A DNA stretch of 64,000 bases from Burkholderiales bacterium (lineage in GTDB: Bacteria; Pseudomonadota; Gammaproteobacteria; Burkholderiales; Burkholderiaceae_C): positions 1,101-65,100 of the forward strand of contig JBKCVH010000092.1 of the NCBI GenBank assembly GCA_046317675.1, in the 5' to 3' direction. Positions within the stretch are counted from its first letter, which is position 1, and each line of letters starts with the position of its first letter. The notes below the pieces were generated by a model. That model saw nothing but the letters and a program-made list of their open reading frames with translations. It searched no databases and was not told the origin of the DNA. The translations under genes were made by a program, and so were the position numbers. This document shows positions 46,509 to 58,668 of the stretch, one piece after another.

Positions 46509-49363
46509 GCCCTCGCCAGCAAGGTCTGCAGGTAGCGTCCGGTGTGGCTGCCTTCAAAGGCGGCCACGGTTTCCGGTGTGCCGGCTACCAGTTGCTGGCC
46601 GCCCCCGGCGCCGCCCTCGGGGCCGATGTCAATGACCCAATCGGCGGTCTTGATGACATCCAAGTTGTGCTCGATGACCACGATGGTATTGCCGGCATCA
46701 CGCAGCTGGTGAAGCACCTTGAGCAGGAGTTCGATGTCAGCGAAGTGCAGGCCGGTGGTGGGTTCGTCCAGTATGTACAGCGTGCGCCCGGTGTCGCGCT
46801 TGGAGAGCTCCAGCGCCAGCTTCACGCGCTGCGCCTCGCCGCCCGATAGCGTCGTCGCGCTTTGCCCGAGCTTGATGTAGCCCAGCCCCACGTCAAGCAA
46901 GGTTTGCAGCTTGCGCTGGATGTTGGGCACCGCGTTGAAGTGCTGCACAGCAGCTTCCACGGTGAGGCCCAGCACATCCGCAATGCTCAAGCCTTTGTAA
47001 AGCACTTCCAGGGTCTCGCGGTTGTAGCGGCGACCATGGCAGGTGTCGCAAGGCACATAAACGTCTGGCAGGAAGTGCATCTCCACCTTCAGCACGCCGT
47101 CACCCTGGCAGCTCTCACAGCGCCCGCCGGCGACGTTGAAGCTGAATCGGCCGGCACCATAGCCGCGCTCGCGGGCCATCGGCACCTCGGCGAACAACTC
47201 CCGCATGGGCGTGAAGAGTCCGGTGTAGGTGGCCGGGTTGCTGCGTGGGGTGCGACCAATCGGGCTTTGATCCACGTTGATCACTTTGTCAAACTGATCC
47301 AAGCCCTCCAGCCAGCTATGGGGCGCCGGTTCCGCATGGCTGCCGTATAGCTTCTTGGCCACGGCGGCGTAGAGGGTGTCGTTCACCAAAGTGCTCTTGC
47401 CCGAACCACTGACTCCGGTCACGCAGGTGAACAGGCCGACGGGGAAAGCGACGTCAAGGTTTTTGAGATTGTTGCCATGGGCGTTCAGCACCTTCAGCCA
47501 AGCCTGGGGTGCAACCCGCCGCTGAGGCACGGCGATGGCACGCACCCCGCTGAGGTACTGCCCGGTGATGGAGTCGGGGTGGGCTGCCACTTCATCGGGC
47601 GTGCCCGCAGCCAGCACGCGGCCGCCGTGGATGCCAGCGCCCGGCCCGAGGTCGATCACGTGGTCGGCGGCGCGTATCGCGTCCTCGTCGTGTTCGACCA
47701 CCAACACCGAGTTGCCGAGGTCTCGCAGGCGGCGCAAGGTGGCCAGCAAGCGGTCGTTGTCTCTTTGGTGCAGCCCGATGCTGGGCTCGTCCAGGACGTA
47801 CATCACCCCGGTCAAGCCCGAGCCAATTTGGCTGGCCAAGCGAATGCGCTGCGCCTCGCCGCCGCTGAGGGTGTCGGCACTGCGCTCCAAGTGCAGGTAG
47901 GAGAGGCCCACGTCATTGAGGAAGTGCAGGCGCGCGGCGATCTCGCGCAGCACTTTTGCGCCGATCTCCGCCTTGGCGCCTTTGAGTTGCAAGCCGTCGA
48001 CGTAACTCAGTGCCTCGGCGAGCGTCATGCGCTCGATCTCGAAGATTGCGCGCCCTTCAAGCCCGCCCAGGCGCACATGGCGCGCCTCGCGGCGCAAACG
48101 GGTGCCCGCGCAGTCGGGGCAGGCCTGTGCCGTTTGGTAGCGGGCCAAGTCTTCGCGCACCGCCGTGGAATCGGTCTCCTTGAAGCGCCGCTCCAAGTTG
48201 GTCAAGATGCCCTCGAAGGGGTGCGAGCGCTTCATGCTGCGCTTGCGGCCGCTTGCCGTTTCGCTCACGTAGGTGAAGGCGATTTCCTCCTCCCCCGAAC
48301 CGTACAAAAGGGCGCGCCGCGCCGTTTCTGGCAGGTCCTCAAACGGCTGTTCAAGGTCAAAGCCGTAGTGCGCGGCCACGCCTTCCAGGAGGCCGAAGCT
48401 GTAGGGGTTTCGGCGGTCCCAGCCCTTCACGGCGCCGCTGGCCAGGCTCAAGGAAGGGAAGGCGACGACGCGAGCCGGATCAAAACCCAGCTTTTGGCCC
48501 AGGCCTTCGCAACTGGGGCAGGCGCCGCTGGGCGAGTTGAAACTGAAAAGGCGCGGCTCCAACTCAGGCAGTGCATAACTGCAAATGGGGCAGGCGAACT
48601 TGCTAGAGAACAGCTGCTCCTGCTGCGTTTCAAGGTTCAGCGTGAGGGCGCGGCCCTCGGCAATGCGCAGGGCGGTTTCGAAGCTCTCGGCCAGGCGCTG
48701 GCGAAGGCTTTGCGGGTCGGCGGGGAGCTTGACACGATCGATCACAACGTCGATGTCGTGCTTCTCCGTCTTCTTGAGCGCCGGCAAGTCGGCCGCCTCC
48801 ACCACCACCCCGTTGAGCCGAAAGCGCACAAAGCCTTGCGCCTGCAGGGCTTGGAATTCCTGCACGAACTCGCCCTTCTTGCCCCGCGCCAGCGGTGCCA
48901 TCAGCATGAGCTTGCTGCCCATGGGCTGCGCCAGCACGGCATCCACCATTTGGCTCACGCTTTGCGCTTCAAGGGGCAGATGGTGTTCGGGGCAGAAGGG
49001 TGTTCCAGCCCGAGCAAACAAGAGGCGAAGGTGGTCGTGGATCTCGGTCACCGTGCCCACGGTGGAGCGCGGGTTGTGGCTGGTGGCCTTTTGTTCGATG
49101 GCGATGGCCGGCGAGAGGCCCTCAATCACATCGACCTCCGGCTTGTCCATCACCTGCAGGAACTGCCGGGCGTAAGCCGAGAGGCTCTCCACATAGCGGC
49201 GCTGGCCTTCTGCATACAAAGTGTCAAAAGCGAGGCTGCTCTTGCCCGAGCCCGACAGGCCCGTGATGACCACCAGTTTGTGCTTGGGGATGTCGAGGTC
49301 AATGGCCTTCAAGTTGTGCGTGCGTGCGCCACGCACACGAATGAAAGCAGACTCGAAAGACAT
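46505..49363 (-). CDS. uvrA: excinuclease ABC subunit A
   Basis: The 952-aa product begins [12 protein letters not shown]. Two ABC modules are present, with [12 protein letters not shown] and [10 protein letters not shown] Walker A motifs, plus zinc-finger Cys pairs. Confidence 0.97.
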   Translation of the reverse strand: MSFESAFIRVRGARTHNLKAIDLDIPKHKLVVITGLSGSGKSSLAFDTLYAEGQRRYVESLSAYARQFLQVMDKPEVDVIEGLSPAIAIEQKATSHNPRSTVGTVTEIHDHLRLLFARAGTPFCPEHHLPLEAQSVSQMVDAVLAQPMGSKLMLMAPLARGKKGEFVQEFQALQAQGFVRFRLNGVVVEAADLPALKKTEKHDIDVVIDRVKLPADPQSLRQRLAESFETALRIAEGRALTLNLETQQEQLFSSKFACPICSYALPELEPRLFSFNSPSGACPSCEGLGQKLGFDPARVVAFPSLSLASGAVKGWDRRNPYSFGLLEGVAAHYGFDLEQPFEDLPETARRALLYGSGEEEIAFTYVSETASGRKRSMKRSHPFEGILTNLERRFKETDSTAVREDLARYQTAQACPDCAGTRLRREARHVRLGGLEGRAIFEIERMTLAEALSYVDGLQLKGAKAEIGAKVLREIAARLHFLNDVGLSYLHLERSADTLSGGEAQRIRLASQIGSGLTGVMYVLDEPSIGLHQRDNDRLLATLRRLRDLGNSVLVVEHDEDAIRAADHVIDLGPGAGIHGGRVLAAGTPDEVAAHPDSITGQYLSGVRAIAVPQRRVAPQAWLKVLNAHGNNLKNLDVAFPVGLFTCVTGVSGSGKSTLVNDTLYAAVAKKLYGSHAEPAPHSWLEGLDQFDKVINVDQSPIGRTPRSNPATYTGLFTPMRELFAEVPMARERGYGAGRFSFNVAGGRCESCQGDGVLKVEMHFLPDVYVPCDTCHGRRYNRETLEVLYKGLSIADVLGLTVEAAVQHFNAVPNIQRKLQTLLDVGLGYIKLGQSATTLSGGEAQRVKLALELSKRDTGRTLYILDEPTTGLHFADIELLLKVLHQLRDAGNTIVVIEHNLDVIKTADWVIDIGPEGGAGGGQQLVAGTPETVAAFEGSHTGRYLQTLLARA

Positions 49364-49418
49364 GATCTGTGAACCCTTAGGCGTAACCGGGCATCATAGG
49401 CGGGGGTGCATTTAGGAG

Positions 49419-51392
49419 ATGAACATGCGAAGCAGCTTGGTTTGGAGTGGCTGGCTCTTGGTGGCGGCGCTTTTGAGCGCCTGCGGTGGCGGTGGCGGTG
49501 GCGGTGGCGGTGGCGGCGGTGGCTCAAGTCCCACTCCAATTCAGCCGCCACCGGCGCCCACGGTGCCGCCTTTGTCAGCCCAGTGCGAAACCAATTCGGT
49601 GGCGCGATTTGACAGCGAAGCCTTGGCCGTGAACCAGACCAGCGAACTCCATCTCGTGAGTTGCGGTGGTGTGCTCAGCAATTTGCGCTGGACCTACGCC
49701 GGCCCCAGCATGCTGAACCTGCTCTCGGCGCGCTCGCCCTCTTTGACGGTGCTGCCCACACAGCCCGGCAACCACCGCTTCACCATCAGCTTCACAGACG
49801 CCCAAGGCCGCAACCACAGCGGCAGCCTGGACCTCAATGCGGCCACCAGTAGCTTGCCGCGCAACTTGCTCACCCGAGGGGAACCTAGCAGCTGGAGCGG
49901 CGACCGACTGAGCCTGCGCGCTTGGCCGCAGGGCTACAGCGCGGCAGAGCTCACGGGTAGCAGCACCCGTTGGACGCGGGTGAGTGGTCCCGATGTCACC
50001 CTCACCGACCCCAACACCGCCCGGGTGATTCTGAGCGCCCCCGCAGTCAGTAGCGACCAAGTTTTGGTGCTGCGCGCCACCTTGAGCTGGCCCGATGGAC
50101 GCACTGTCACCGACGACTTCCGCTTGCTGGTCCAGGCGCCCCCAAGCGCGGCGACCTCGCCTTTATTCAGCGGCAACAACAGCGCCACGCGGGTCATTCC
50201 TTTCCTGGAAAACGGCCCGAATGCCAGCCTGCTGGCACGCTGCATCTACAACCCCAGCCTGCAAAGCAGTGGTGCCAACCTGTGCACCTTGGGCGAGTTG
50301 CCCTTGCTGGGGCAGGTCAGTGCCAACCCCAGCGTCGAGCAAGTCATGCAACGCGTGCTCGTGAGCCACGACTGGCAAGCTGAAGTCTTTGAGCGCTTCT
50401 TGCGCGAACAAGACACCAGCGGTGACTTGCGCCGCATGCTGGCCGCCACCACGGCCGTCGTCATTGGGGGCCGCATTCGCCCAGCGTTTTACTGGAGTGC
50501 CACCGGGGCCATTTACCTTGACGCCAGCTACCTGTGGCTGACCCCAGAGCAGCGCGACACGATCAGCGAGTCGCCCGACCCGCGCAGCGCATTTGGGCTG
50601 GACTTGCAATACAGCAGCCCGTGGCGCTATGTGAAGGACAACGCGTTTGCCACGCCGGCTCGGCCTTTGGCGGCGCGCGCCACGCGCGACCTGGCCGAGA
50701 TTCGCGTGGAGCTGGGTCGATTGCTGTACCACGAGCTCACCCACGCCAGCGACTTCTTCCCCCCGCGCTCGCACGCCAGCTTGCCAAGCAACCGCCGCGT
50801 CTACGAGGCGGTTCCAGCGCAGACCCCTTCTCAGAGCCTGCAGCAGCAATTTCCCTTCTTCTCCCAAGAGATGGTCGGCCTTGGCAAGGTGCTGTTCTTT
50901 GGCGATGCCTCCACCGCCACCCAGCGCGCCTACACCCCGGCCGATGTGGTGACCTTTTTCAGCCGCGACCGCGTGAACGACGACTACAGCTACTCGCTCC
51001 CCAGCGGCAGCACCGTGCCACGAGAAGACGCCGCCATGCTCGTTGAAGAAGCGCTGGTGCAGCTGCGCTACGGCGTGCTGCGCGACTTCGGCATCACGCC
51101 CCGTGTCCCGGAAGGCGGAACGTCTGCCGATCAAACTCTGGTCTGGGGTCAGCGAGGCCGCATCGGCGACCCGGCTCTGCGCGGCCGCTTGCAATTGGTG
51201 TTGGCTGACGTGATGCCCTGGCTGCCGGCCAGCGAGTTGTCACGCCTTGCCGCGCCCATTCAACTGCGCGCTGGTCTCACCTGGGGTCAGAACCTGGACC
51301 AAGGCGCGGTGCAAGCCAATCGCCCTCGCGCTTTGCGCCCTGACGAGCGTGAGCGCGAGCGAGAACTGGCGGCGCAAATGCGTCACAGATGA
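49419..51392 (+). CDS. lipoprotein with poly-Gly tether, two Ig-like repeats and a C-terminal HExxH domain (putative metallopeptidase, family unknown)
   Basis: The lipobox LLSAC is followed by 13 Gly. The HExxH motif is LLYHELTHASDF. The gene is divergent from uvrA. Confidence 0.65.
   Translation: MNMRSSLVWSGWLLVAALLSACGGGGGGGGGGGGGSSPTPIQPPPAPTVPPLSAQCETNSVARFDSEALAVNQTSELHLVSCGGVLSNLRWTYAGPSMLNLLSARSPSLTVLPTQPGNHRFTISFTDAQGRNHSGSLDLNAATSSLPRNLLTRGEPSSWSGDRLSLRAWPQGYSAAELTGSSTRWTRVSGPDVTLTDPNTARVILSAPAVSSDQVLVLRATLSWPDGRTVTDDFRLLVQAPPSAATSPLFSGNNSATRVIPFLENGPNASLLARCIYNPSLQSSGANLCTLGELPLLGQVSANPSVEQVMQRVLVSHDWQAEVFERFLREQDTSGDLRRMLAATTAVVIGGRIRPAFYWSATGAIYLDASYLWLTPEQRDTISESPDPRSAFGLDLQYSSPWRYVKDNAFATPARPLAARATRDLAEIRVELGRLLYHELTHASDFFPPRSHASLPSNRRVYEAVPAQTPSQSLQQQFPFFSQEMVGLGKVLFFGDASTATQRAYTPADVVTFFSRDRVNDDYSYSLPSGSTVPREDAAMLVEEALVQLRYGVLRDFGITPRVPEGGTSADQTLVWGQRGRIGDPALRGRLQLVLADVMPWLPASELSRLAAPIQLRAGLTWGQNLDQGAVQANRPRALRPDERERERELAAQMRHR
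49485..49523 (+). repeat. (GGTGGC)n microsatellite encoding Gly13
   Basis: Five perfect GGTGGC units are followed by GGC and GGTGGC, immediately after the lipobox Cys codon. Confidence 0.95.
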
Positions 51393-51501
51393 CCCAAGCT
51401 CTAGAGGGCAACCGAACCCGGTTAAACCCTAGAGCACCAGGCTCTAGGCCTTGCATGCCGTGGCGCACAATGAACCGCACCCCCTAGAACCCATCGGACC
51501 C

Positions 51502-53478
51502 ATGCGCTTTCGGCTCTCGTTGCGAATGCTGATTCTGCTGGCGGTGACCATCGGCATTGCCGTTCCGGCACTGCTGGTGCTGCTGCTATCAGATGCCTTG
51601 GTACGCCGCAGCGTGGAGCCCATCCTTGAGGGCCAGCGCTCGGCCGTATTGAGCCTCGCCTCCACATCCTTGGTCGACCCACTCTGGGTGCTGGACGGCG
51701 CCGCCACCCAGCGCGCCGTTGATCAACTGCTCAAAGACGGGAGCGTGTGCTCGGTGGTCTTGGCCGAAGAGCGGCCCGGCGCTCAAGAAATCAAGTCCAG
51801 CAAGTGCAGCAGCGATTGGCCCATCGTCAACATGGTGGCCGGCATTACCCGAGAAGGGGTCGTGCTGGGCACGCTCACGGTGGGCTTTGACGACGGTGCC
51901 ACGGAGCGCCTGGTGCGCGAGCGGCGGCAGCAAGTGGGCCTCATCGTGGGCCTCCAAGTGGTCTTGGGCGGTGCCTTCCTTTTGTTGGTGCTGTATTGGC
52001 GATTGGTGCGCCCAATCGACCAGCTCAAGCAGCACGCTGCGGCCATTGCCGAGCGACAAGCCCAGCCCCAGTTGGACCTTCATCGAGGCGATGAACTCGG
52101 AGACCTGGGCAACGAGCTGAACCGCATGGGGCAGCAAATCGAAGGTCTGCTGGCCGACATGGAGGCCAAGAACACCCAGTTGCGGCAGATGGCGATGTAC
52201 GACCACCTGACCCAATTGCCCAACCGCACCTTGTTCCGCGAAGTCTTCATGCACGAAGCGGCCTACGCCAAGCGGCACGGCCAGCAGCTCGCGCTGCTCT
52301 TCGTCGACTTGGATCGCTTCAAAGCCATCAACGACACCCTGGGTCATGCCGCCGGCGACCGCCTACTGCTCACCATCAGCGAGCGCCTGCGCGCTGCCGT
52401 GCGCGGCTCTGACTTGGTCTGCCGGGTCAGCGGCGACGAATTCCTGCTGCTGCTCCGCGAGGCCTACTCCCCCGAAGCGGTCCAGGTGGCGGTGCACCGC
52501 CTCCTCGGCTCGCTCGGCGAGGCCCTCGATTTAACGGGAGGCCAGCAGGCCCACGTGTCGGCCAGCATCGGCGTGGCCTTGTTCCCGGCCGACGGCGAAG
52601 AGTTTGACGAATTGGTGCGCCATGCCGACATGGCCATGTACCAAGCCAAAGAGGAAGGGCGTTCGCGCTTCTCCTTCTACCAGTCGCACATGGATGCCGC
52701 CTTGGCCGAGCGCTTGGAGCTGGAGCGCGAGCTGGCCGAGGCCATTCGCAGCGGGCAATTGGTGCTGCATTACCAACCCATCGTCAACGGCGCCACGGGC
52801 GACGTCTTGGCGGTGGAGGCCCTGGTTCGCTGGCAGCACCCGGTGCGCGGCCTGCTGTACCCGGGCGCCTTCATTCCGGTGGCAGAAGATTCAGGGCAGA
52901 TTCGTGAACTGGGCAACTGGACGCTGGAAGCCGCCTGTCAGCAGCTCGCGCGCTGGAAAAGCTTGGGGCGCCACCCCGGCTCCATCGCCGTCAACCTGTC
53001 GGCGACGCACTTCCGAGACCAGCGCCTGCCCGAGCAATTGCGCAGCCTCATTGAAGCCTATGGCGTTGGCAGTGGCGAGCTGACCATCGAACTCACTGAA
53101 AGCACGGTGATGGGCGACAGCGAAGCGTCCATAAAGGCCATTCAAGCCATTCGCGCTTTGGGCCTGGCTTTGGCGGTGGACGACTTCGGAACCGGCTACT
53201 CGTCACTGGCTTACCTCAAGCTCTTGAGGCCGCAGAAGCTCAAGATCGACCGCAGCTTTGTGCGCGACGTGCCCGGCGACAACGACGACTGCGTGCTGGT
53301 GCGCGCGGTGCTTGGCCTGGCCAAGGCGCTGGAAATTGAAGTCGTGGCCGAAGGCGTTGAGACCGAGGCCCAACGCGACTTCCTGCTGGCCGAGGCCTGC
53401 TCGCAACAGCAGGGCTACTTGTTCGCCAAGCCCATGCCAGCCGAGGCGCTGGGCAGTCGGCTCAAGACTTGGCCTTGA
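51502..53478 (+). CDS. membrane sensor with periplasmic domain, HAMP, GGDEF and EAL domains
   Basis: An ATG at 51502 lies inside ORF 51451..53478. The GGDEF site reads SGDEF. The EAL motifs are VEALVRWQHP, DDFGTGYSSLAYL, KIDRSF, EGVE and QGYLF. Confidence 0.85.
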   Translation: MRFRLSLRMLILLAVTIGIAVPALLVLLLSDALVRRSVEPILEGQRSAVLSLASTSLVDPLWVLDGAATQRAVDQLLKDGSVCSVVLAEERPGAQEIKSSKCSSDWPIVNMVAGITREGVVLGTLTVGFDDGATERLVRERRQQVGLIVGLQVVLGGAFLLLVLYWRLVRPIDQLKQHAAAIAERQAQPQLDLHRGDELGDLGNELNRMGQQIEGLLADMEAKNTQLRQMAMYDHLTQLPNRTLFREVFMHEAAYAKRHGQQLALLFVDLDRFKAINDTLGHAAGDRLLLTISERLRAAVRGSDLVCRVSGDEFLLLLREAYSPEAVQVAVHRLLGSLGEALDLTGGQQAHVSASIGVALFPADGEEFDELVRHADMAMYQAKEEGRSRFSFYQSHMDAALAERLELERELAEAIRSGQLVLHYQPIVNGATGDVLAVEALVRWQHPVRGLLYPGAFIPVAEDSGQIRELGNWTLEAACQQLARWKSLGRHPGSIAVNLSATHFRDQRLPEQLRSLIEAYGVGSGELTIELTESTVMGDSEASIKAIQAIRALGLALAVDDFGTGYSSLAYLKLLRPQKLKIDRSFVRDVPGDNDDCVLVRAVLGLAKALEIEVVAEGVETEAQRDFLLAEACSQQQGYLFAKPMPAEALGSRLKTWP

Positions 53479-53630
53479 GACGGGCGGCGGCCTGGCTGGC
53501 CGTTGCTTTGAGCCCATATCCGGCAGTGGACCGCTTACTTCCGCTGGAATCGCCCCGGCGGATCAACGATTGGCGCGCACGACGGTCCTCACCGATGGGG
53601 TGAAAGCGCTTCGCAGCGGCTGTATCGCCG

Positions 53631-55538
<1,908 letters not shown>

Positions 55539-55589
55539 GGGTGGCGGATTGTCGCCGTCAGGCCGCCAGGCCCGCCCTGAAGCTAGGGC

Positions 55590-56069
55590 TCAATCCGGCA
55601 GGCCTGCGGCCAAGCGCGCGCGGGTTTTTGCGGCCGCGTAGTCACCGGGCCTCACATGCAGCAAATCGGCCACGCGCCACACGATGTGGCGCTCGTGATC
55701 GGACAACGTGCCGTCCGAGAAGGCCACCGCCCACATCGCCTCCACCATGCGGATCTTGGCGGCGTCATCCAGGCGCTGGTTCAGCGCGCTGGTGAACTGG
55801 TGCAAGTCGGTCGCGTCCCGCGCCACGCCCTCGGCATGCGCCAGCAAGGTTTCCTGCTCATCGGCGTTGAGTTGGAACTTGCGCTGCAAGGCCTGCAGGG
55901 CCGCATTGCGCTCGACAGGGCCGATGCTGGCGTCGGCGCGCATCACCTCCGCCAGCAGCACGGCGGTGGCCAAGTGCAGGGTGTGGCTGTCGGGGTCAGC
56001 GCGCCCGAAAGCGCCAGCCGCTGCTGGGTCCAGCAGGGAGCCAAAGAGCTCCTTCAAGGTGCGGAACAT
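55590..56069 (-). CDS. TerB-family (tellurite-resistance-like) protein
   Basis: The 159-aa product has the AVLLAEVMRADASIGPVER...MWAVAFSDGTLSDHERHIV pattern of the TerB fold. Confidence 0.7.
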   Translation of the reverse strand: MFRTLKELFGSLLDPAAAGAFGRADPDSHTLHLATAVLLAEVMRADASIGPVERNAALQALQRKFQLNADEQETLLAHAEGVARDATDLHQFTSALNQRLDDAAKIRMVEAMWAVAFSDGTLSDHERHIVWRVADLLHVRPGDYAAAKTRARLAAGLPD

Positions 56070-56081
56070 GGCACTCGCCTT

Positions 56082-56702
56082 TCAACGTGCATAGGCGTAC
56101 GGGCCGCCCTTTTCCAGGGCGCGCTGGTAGGCCGGCCGGGCCTGCAAGCGCCGCACCCAGGCATCCAGGTTGGGAAACTGCGCGCGCAACTTGCCCGCCG
56201 CTTCGCCCACAAAGCTCATCTGCACATCGGCGCCGCTGAAGCCGAAGTCGCCCAGCAGCCACTCACGCCCGGCCAAGGCCTTGTCAACGAAGCCCAGGTG
56301 CAGCGCCAACTCACTGTCGATGCGCGGTTTGAGCGGTGCAGCCGCCTCGCCCAAGCGCGCGGTGTAGAGCTTGAGCATCAAAGGCAACATGGCCGAGCCC
56401 TCGGCGTAATGCAGCCATTGCTGGTACTCATCAAAGGCAGCGTCTGTCTCGTTCGGGCGCAGCCCTGCGCCGTGGTGGCGCAAGAGGTGGTCCACGATGG
56501 CGCCTGACTCGATCACGGTCCGGCCCTGGCTTTCCAGCACCGGCGACTTGCCCAGTGGATGCACGGCCAGCAGCTCAGGCGGAGCAAGCCGGGTGACCGC
56601 GTCCCGTTCATAGCGCCGCAATTCATAGGGCTGGCCTAGCTCTTCCAGCAGCCAAAGAATGCGCTGGGAGCGGGAGTCGTTGAGGTGGTGAATAACGAGC
56701 AT
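56082..56702 (-). CDS. glutathione S-transferase
   Basis: ATG 56702 gives MLVIHHLNDSRSQRILWLLEELG. HPLGKSPVL is the GSH-binding block. Confidence 0.85.
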   Translation of the reverse strand: MLVIHHLNDSRSQRILWLLEELGQPYELRRYERDAVTRLAPPELLAVHPLGKSPVLESQGRTVIESGAIVDHLLRHHGAGLRPNETDAAFDEYQQWLHYAEGSAMLPLMLKLYTARLGEAAAPLKPRIDSELALHLGFVDKALAGREWLLGDFGFSGADVQMSFVGEAAGKLRAQFPNLDAWVRRLQARPAYQRALEKGGPYAYAR

Positions 56703-56764
56703 GGCAATGGCCTCGGGGAAGACAAATGGGTCAGGGTCTGTGCAGCGCGCAGTGTCGGCTCGGC

Positions 56765-57379
56765 TCACCCCACCCGCGCCCACACCAGCAGCAGGTTGTT
56801 GGCCGGCATGGCAATGCGCTCGCGCAGATGCAGGCCGCAGCGCTCGGCCTCAGCCGCCACCGCTTCAAGCCGGCGAATGCCCCAATCGGCGTTGCGGCTG
56901 CGCAAGTCAGCGTCAAAGGCCGCATTGCTGGACGCCGTGCTCACGTCGGCCTCCAGGTAGGGGCCATAGGTCAGCAAAAGCCCTTGGGGCTGGAGCCAGC
57001 GGCTGGCGAGTTGCATCAGGGCCGGTGTGCAGGCCCAGGGCGCGATGTGGATCAGGTTGGCGCAATAGATGGCATCGACGGGCTCCTTCAGCCAAGCTTC
57101 GAGCTTGGGCTCCAGCAGGTCGAGCCAAGCGGGCGGCCGAACGCCGCTGAGCCCAGCGCACCAATCGGCGATGGAGGCCAAGGTCTCGGCGTTGGCGTCG
57201 GTCGGTTGCCACTGCCAATGCGGCAGGCCGGCGCTGAAGTGCGCTGCGTGCTGGCCGGTGCCGCTGGCAATTTCCAGCATCAAGCCCTGCGGGGGCAAGA
57301 GGCGCACCAGCTCCGCCAAGATGGGACCTGCATTGCGCTCTGCGGCGGGGCTGTGTCGGCGGCGGTCTTCAAGGGGCAT
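56765..57379 (-). CDS. DUF938-type class I SAM-dependent methyltransferase
   Basis: ATG 57379 gives MPLEDRRRHSPAAERNAGPILAEL, followed by LEIASGTGQHAAHF. Confidence 0.7.
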   Translation of the reverse strand: MPLEDRRRHSPAAERNAGPILAELVRLLPPQGLMLEIASGTGQHAAHFSAGLPHWQWQPTDANAETLASIADWCAGLSGVRPPAWLDLLEPKLEAWLKEPVDAIYCANLIHIAPWACTPALMQLASRWLQPQGLLLTYGPYLEADVSTASSNAAFDADLRSRNADWGIRRLEAVAAEAERCGLHLRERIAMPANNLLLVWARVG

Positions 57380-57457
57380 GGTCAGCTTTCCGGTTACGTT
57401 GAGTTGCAAACCTTTGGGGCATTCAGAATCAAGGTATTCCACTCGCTCTGCCACGCC

Positions 57458-57943
57458 ATGACTGCTGAAGACCTTCGCGCCAAGCTCATTCGCAACATCG
57501 ACAGCGTGCCACTGGCAGGCTACGAGCGCGCGCCTTTGTACGCCCGCAGAACGGGCGACGAGACGGCGCGAGATGGCCGCCAGCTCGGGGCTTCTCTGGA
57601 CGTGGTGCCCCCCGGTAAGCGCAGCTGCCCCTATCACTTCCACTGGGGCGAGGAAGAGATGTTCATCATCTTGGCCGGCGAGGCCACGCTGCGGGTGGCG
57701 GGCGAGATGCTGCCGGTGAAAACCGGCGATGTGATCAGCATTCCCGCCGGGCCCGACTACCCGCACCAACTCATCAACACCGGAAGCAGTGACTTGAAGG
57801 TGCTCAGCATCAGCACCCAGCAGCGGCCGGAGATTTGCGAGTACCCCGACTCGGGCAAGCTGGCGGCATTCCCCGGTCCCAGGGGCGAATCACTAATCCA
57901 GCGCCACTCCGAGAGCTTGGACTACTGGAACGGCGAGCCTTGA
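57458..57943 (+). CDS. cupin-domain protein
   Basis: An ATG at 57458 lies inside ORF 56726..57943. The cupin motifs are CPYHFHWGEEEMFIILAGEATL and GDVISIPAGPDYPHQLIN. Confidence 0.75.
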   Translation: MTAEDLRAKLIRNIDSVPLAGYERAPLYARRTGDETARDGRQLGASLDVVPPGKRSCPYHFHWGEEEMFIILAGEATLRVAGEMLPVKTGDVISIPAGPDYPHQLINTGSSDLKVLSISTQQRPEICEYPDSGKLAAFPGPRGESLIQRHSESLDYWNGEP

Positions 57944-57944
57944 A

Positions 57945-58583
57945 TCAATAGGGGCCTCGCCGGGGTGGCCCGCGCCGCGCCGGCTTTTTCTTGGGCGGCG
58001 CAGCAGCCGCATGCTTTTGCGGCCGGCTCACATCGGCCAGCAGCAGGCTGTGCGCCACCAGCACTTCCACCGCTTCGGCCAAGTCGTTCGGCGGTTCAAT
58101 GCCCTCGATGGCTTCCAGCAGATCGTCAGCGTCTTCGAGGTCGTCCGGGTCAAGGAATTGGTAGATGCCGGCCAAGCCATCCAGCAAGTCGGCATCCTTG
58201 CAACCCATCAGGCCACGCGGAAAGCTGTCGGCGCCGAGCGCGAAGCCGGCCACCCAGGGCAGCAGGGCGCCTTGCACATCGTCTTCGTCGTCGAGCTCGA
58301 ACACCCAAGGGTCAAACCACTGGCGGTGGCGAATGGCTTCGTCCAGTTGCTGCAGGCGGCGCATGGCCAGGGCGCGAATCGGTTCCGGGTTGAAGCTCGC
58401 GGGCGGCGCTCGGCCTTCTTCGCTGTCCAGCACCCAGCGCAGCCATTCCACCGGCGGCGGTGTCTTGGGCTGCAGCGCGCTGGCGGTGAGGTAGCCGGCC
58501 AGCCTCGACACATCCAGCGGCTCCAGCGGCGCCGGCACCTTGTCGAGCAGCGCTTCAAGCGCTTCGAGATCCATGTTTTCCAT
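57945..58583 (-). CDS. UPF0149 (YecA/YgfB-like) family protein
   Basis: The N-terminus is acidic (MENMDLEALEALLDK...) and the tail is basic. The start is ambiguous among ATGs at 58604, 58592, 58583 and 58574. Confidence 0.6.
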   Translation of the reverse strand: MENMDLEALEALLDKVPAPLEPLDVSRLAGYLTASALQPKTPPPVEWLRWVLDSEEGRAPPASFNPEPIRALAMRRLQQLDEAIRHRQWFDPWVFELDDEDDVQGALLPWVAGFALGADSFPRGLMGCKDADLLDGLAGIYQFLDPDDLEDADDLLEAIEGIEPPNDLAEAVEVLVAHSLLLADVSRPQKHAAAAPPKKKPARRGPPRRGPY

Positions 58584-58668
58584 GCGCCGCATTGTGCGAG
58601 CCATGACGGGTGGCAGGCGGCCTGCCTTTCACCACAATGCTCGGCTTCGTCTTTTCAGGAAACTGCCC

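Noticed and set aside
49364-49418. A LexA/SOS box in the uvrA promoter region.
   Set aside because: No CTGT-N8-ACAG type motif is present. The only CTGT (CTGTGAACCCTTAGG) lacks the ACAG partner.
49485-49523. GGTGGC repeats, and other short tandem repeats such as 45058-45252, as a CRISPR-like array.
   Set aside because: They are hexa- and 21/24-nt in-frame coding repeats without spacers. No CRISPR repeat-spacer architecture or cas genes are present anywhere in the window.
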